DNA of 64,000 nt, from contig CALSSJ010000023.1 of NCBI GenBank assembly GCA_943788985.1, positions 32,001-96,000 on the forward strand. Direction: 5' to 3'. Shown piece by piece: positions 62,212 to 64,000 of this stretch. The stretch is from an uncultured Lentisphaerales bacterium. Lineage in GTDB: Bacteria > Verrucomicrobiota > Lentisphaeria > JABSQK01 > UBA12247. The translations under genes and the position numbers were made by a program. Every line of letters begins with the position of its first letter. The stretch's first letter is position 1. The notes under the pieces were generated by a model, which made no database searches, was not told the DNA's origin, and saw nothing but the letters and a program-made list of their open reading frames with translations.

Positions 62212-64000
62212 ACGAGCGCGATGACGCCCCCCTATCCGGGGGAGTTGAGATCGCGCCGCACAGAACTCGGGGATTTGGCACCTTTTCGGGAGTCTTTCGC
62301 CCCACCATCCTGACTATCCTGGGCGTGATGATGTATCTCCGGGAAGGCTGGCTCGTAGGGCATGCCGGAATCGCTGGCGCGATTCTTGTCATCGTATGCT
62401 GCTTCCTGATTACGGGCGCAACAGCACTCTCCCTTTCATCGATCACCACCAATATTCGCGTGAGCTCAGGTGGGGTGTTCTCCATCATCAGCCAGAGCTT
62501 GGGCTTAGAAGTCGGTGGCTCGATTGGCATCCCCTTCTTCCTCGCGCAAGGGTTATCCGCTGCGATGTACCTCTACGGCTTCTATGAGGGCTGGAGCTAT
62601 GCGTTTCCCAACCACCCGCCAGCTGCTATTCTGAGTCTCGCGTTTCTTGCCGCGGTTGGCTTGAGCTACATCAGTGCTGGGTTGGCATTCCGCATTCAGA
62701 TTGTGATCCTGATCGCGGTCAGCGTCGCACTTGCATCGATGTTTACGGGCTTGGGAGTACACCCCCATAATCCCGAGCCCTTGCTCTGGGGAGAGTTTGA
62801 CGTGAGCTTCCGGGATTTGTTTGCGGTCTTTTTTCCAGCGAGTACCGGGATCATGGTCGGTGCCAGCATGTCCGGGAGCCTAGCCGACGCAAGGCGTAGC
62901 ATCCCCCGCGGCACCATGGCGGCGTGGGCAATCGCCCTGGTTGTCTATTGTGCGCTCGCGGTGTGGTATGGGAATATCGCCACCAGCCAGGAGCTTATAG
63001 ACCTTGACGGTGGCTTGATCGCTGCCGACCGCTCCTACTACCAGAAGGCCGTGCTCGTCGGGATTATTCTCTCCTGCTTCTGCGCCGCGCTTAGTTCCCT
63101 AGTTGCCGCACCGCGAGTCCTGCAGGCGCTCGCGGCGAATCAGATTATTCCTTGCCATGCCTCTCTGGCCAAGCTGGTCAAGGGGGAACCCCGCAATGCA
63201 ACACTCGCCACCGCCCTACTCGTAGGCTTGGCTCTGATTTTCGGTGACCTGAATGGGATCGCCACTGTCCTGACTATGTTCTTTCTCATGGCGTACTTCT
63301 CCATCAACACTGTCCTGTTGCTCGAGCAACAGCTACAACTGATTAGCTTCCGACCCGAGTTTCGCGTGCATACCGCGGTTCCGGTAATTGGGGCTGCGTC
63401 CTCACTGATGGCCATGGTCGCTATCAATCCGTTGGTTGGCCTACTGGCACTGAGCGTCAGCGTAGGCATTTACGTATACCTCGATCGCAGGAAGCTAAGC
63501 ACCCCTTGGGAAACTGTGCATTCGGGCCTCTTCTTCAGTATTGCAAACTGGGCCGCTAAACGTGCGAGCACTGTGGACCAGAAGGGCCTGGAGAGGGCCT
63601 GGCGGCCAAACTTTCTCATTCCCATCGAGCGTGAAGCACAGTTCGAAGGCAACTTCCGATTCATACGCGACCTCACCTTTTCCCAAGGCGCAGTGCACGT
63701 GTTGGGGATCCGGACCCTAGGTAGTCAGGCCACGTTTCATGGGTTGCGTGACCTTGTTCACGCCATGCAGAAAGAAGACAAGCTCTTCGCCACCCACGCC
63801 GTCACAGAATCTTCGAGTTTCTGCGCCGCAGTGCGGGACAGCGCCGCGCTACTATCAGGAACATTCTTCCGCCCCAATCTCATCTTTACCTCCATCGAAA
63901 GTCGATCCGATGAGGATATTCAGGCAATCATGCACGTCGCGCGCGAACACCAGATGGGGGTCTTACTCCTGGCAGCTCACCCAGTCGCGGGTCTCGGCCG
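62193..64000 (+). CDS. SLC12 / cation-chloride cotransporter-like permease (3' truncated; absent from ORF track)
   Basis: Manual translation from ATG 62193: FGTFSGVFRPTILTILGVMMYLREGWLVGHAG...SQSLGLEVGGSIG...FFPASTGIMVGASMSG...WRPNFL. Confidence 0.88.
   Translation, partial: MSGQGLDERDDAPLSGGVEIAPHRTRGFGTFSGVFRPTILTILGVMMYLREGWLVGHAGIAGAILVIVCCFLITGATALSLSSITTNIRVSSGGVFSIISQSLGLEVGGSIGIPFFLAQGLSAAMYLYGFYEGWSYAFPNHPPAAILSLAFLAAVGLSYISAGLAFRIQIVILIAVSVALASMFTGLGVHPHNPEPLLWGEFDVSFRDLFAVFFPASTGIMVGASMSGSLADARRSIPRGTMAAWAIALVVYCALAVWYGNIATSQELIDLDGGLIAADRSYYQKAVLVGIILSCFCAALSSLVAAPRVLQALAANQIIPCHASLAKLVKGEPRNATLATALLVGLALIFGDLNGIATVLTMFFLMAYFSINTVLLLEQQLQLISFRPEFRVHTAVPVIGAASSLMAMVAINPLVGLLALSVSVGIYVYLDRRKLSTPWETVHSGLFFSIANWAAKRASTVDQKGLERAWRPNFLIPIEREAQFEGNFRFIRDLTFSQGAVHVLGIRTLGSQATFHGLRDLVHAMQKEDKLFATHAVTESSSFCAAVRDSAALLSGTFFRPNLIFTSIESRSDEDIQAIMHVAREHQMGVLLLAAHPVAGLG

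Overview
A 64 kb, GC-rich bacterial chromosomal segment, probably from the PVC superphylum (Lentisphaerae/Kiritimatiellae-like). This assignment is inferred from OmcB-type DUF11 proteins, a prepilin peptidase with a soluble insertion and a GWNLVS-type C-terminal module. Housekeeping genes include the 3' part of dnaX, amtB-glnK with a sigma-54 promoter, pabB-pabC, an aroB-family gene, coaBC, cca, ftsW, recA, cinA, frr, tolB, pilD, lpxB and an SLC12/CCC-like permease. The window also encodes secreted and surface proteins (a GH26 mannanase, a 1364-aa propeller protein and a ~4550-aa adhesin-like giant) and a PIN toxin with an atypical large partner. Many conserved genes carry small indels, most likely long-read assembly errors. 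The most striking unexplained signal is a 15-bp imperfect palindrome, TTGCGRASTYCGCAA (dominant form TTGCGGAGTTCGCAA). It occurs as 9 exact copies and about 12 near copies, all inside coding sequences, in several reading frames and on both strands. The copies are densest at 10-18.5 kb, where the G/C strand skew appears to flip. Other highlights are a natural yeast-type cytosine deaminase::UPRT fusion, a ~170-nt rod-like intergenic hairpin and a ~100-nt REP/MITE-like element. No tRNA, rRNA, CRISPR array or transposase was recognised.
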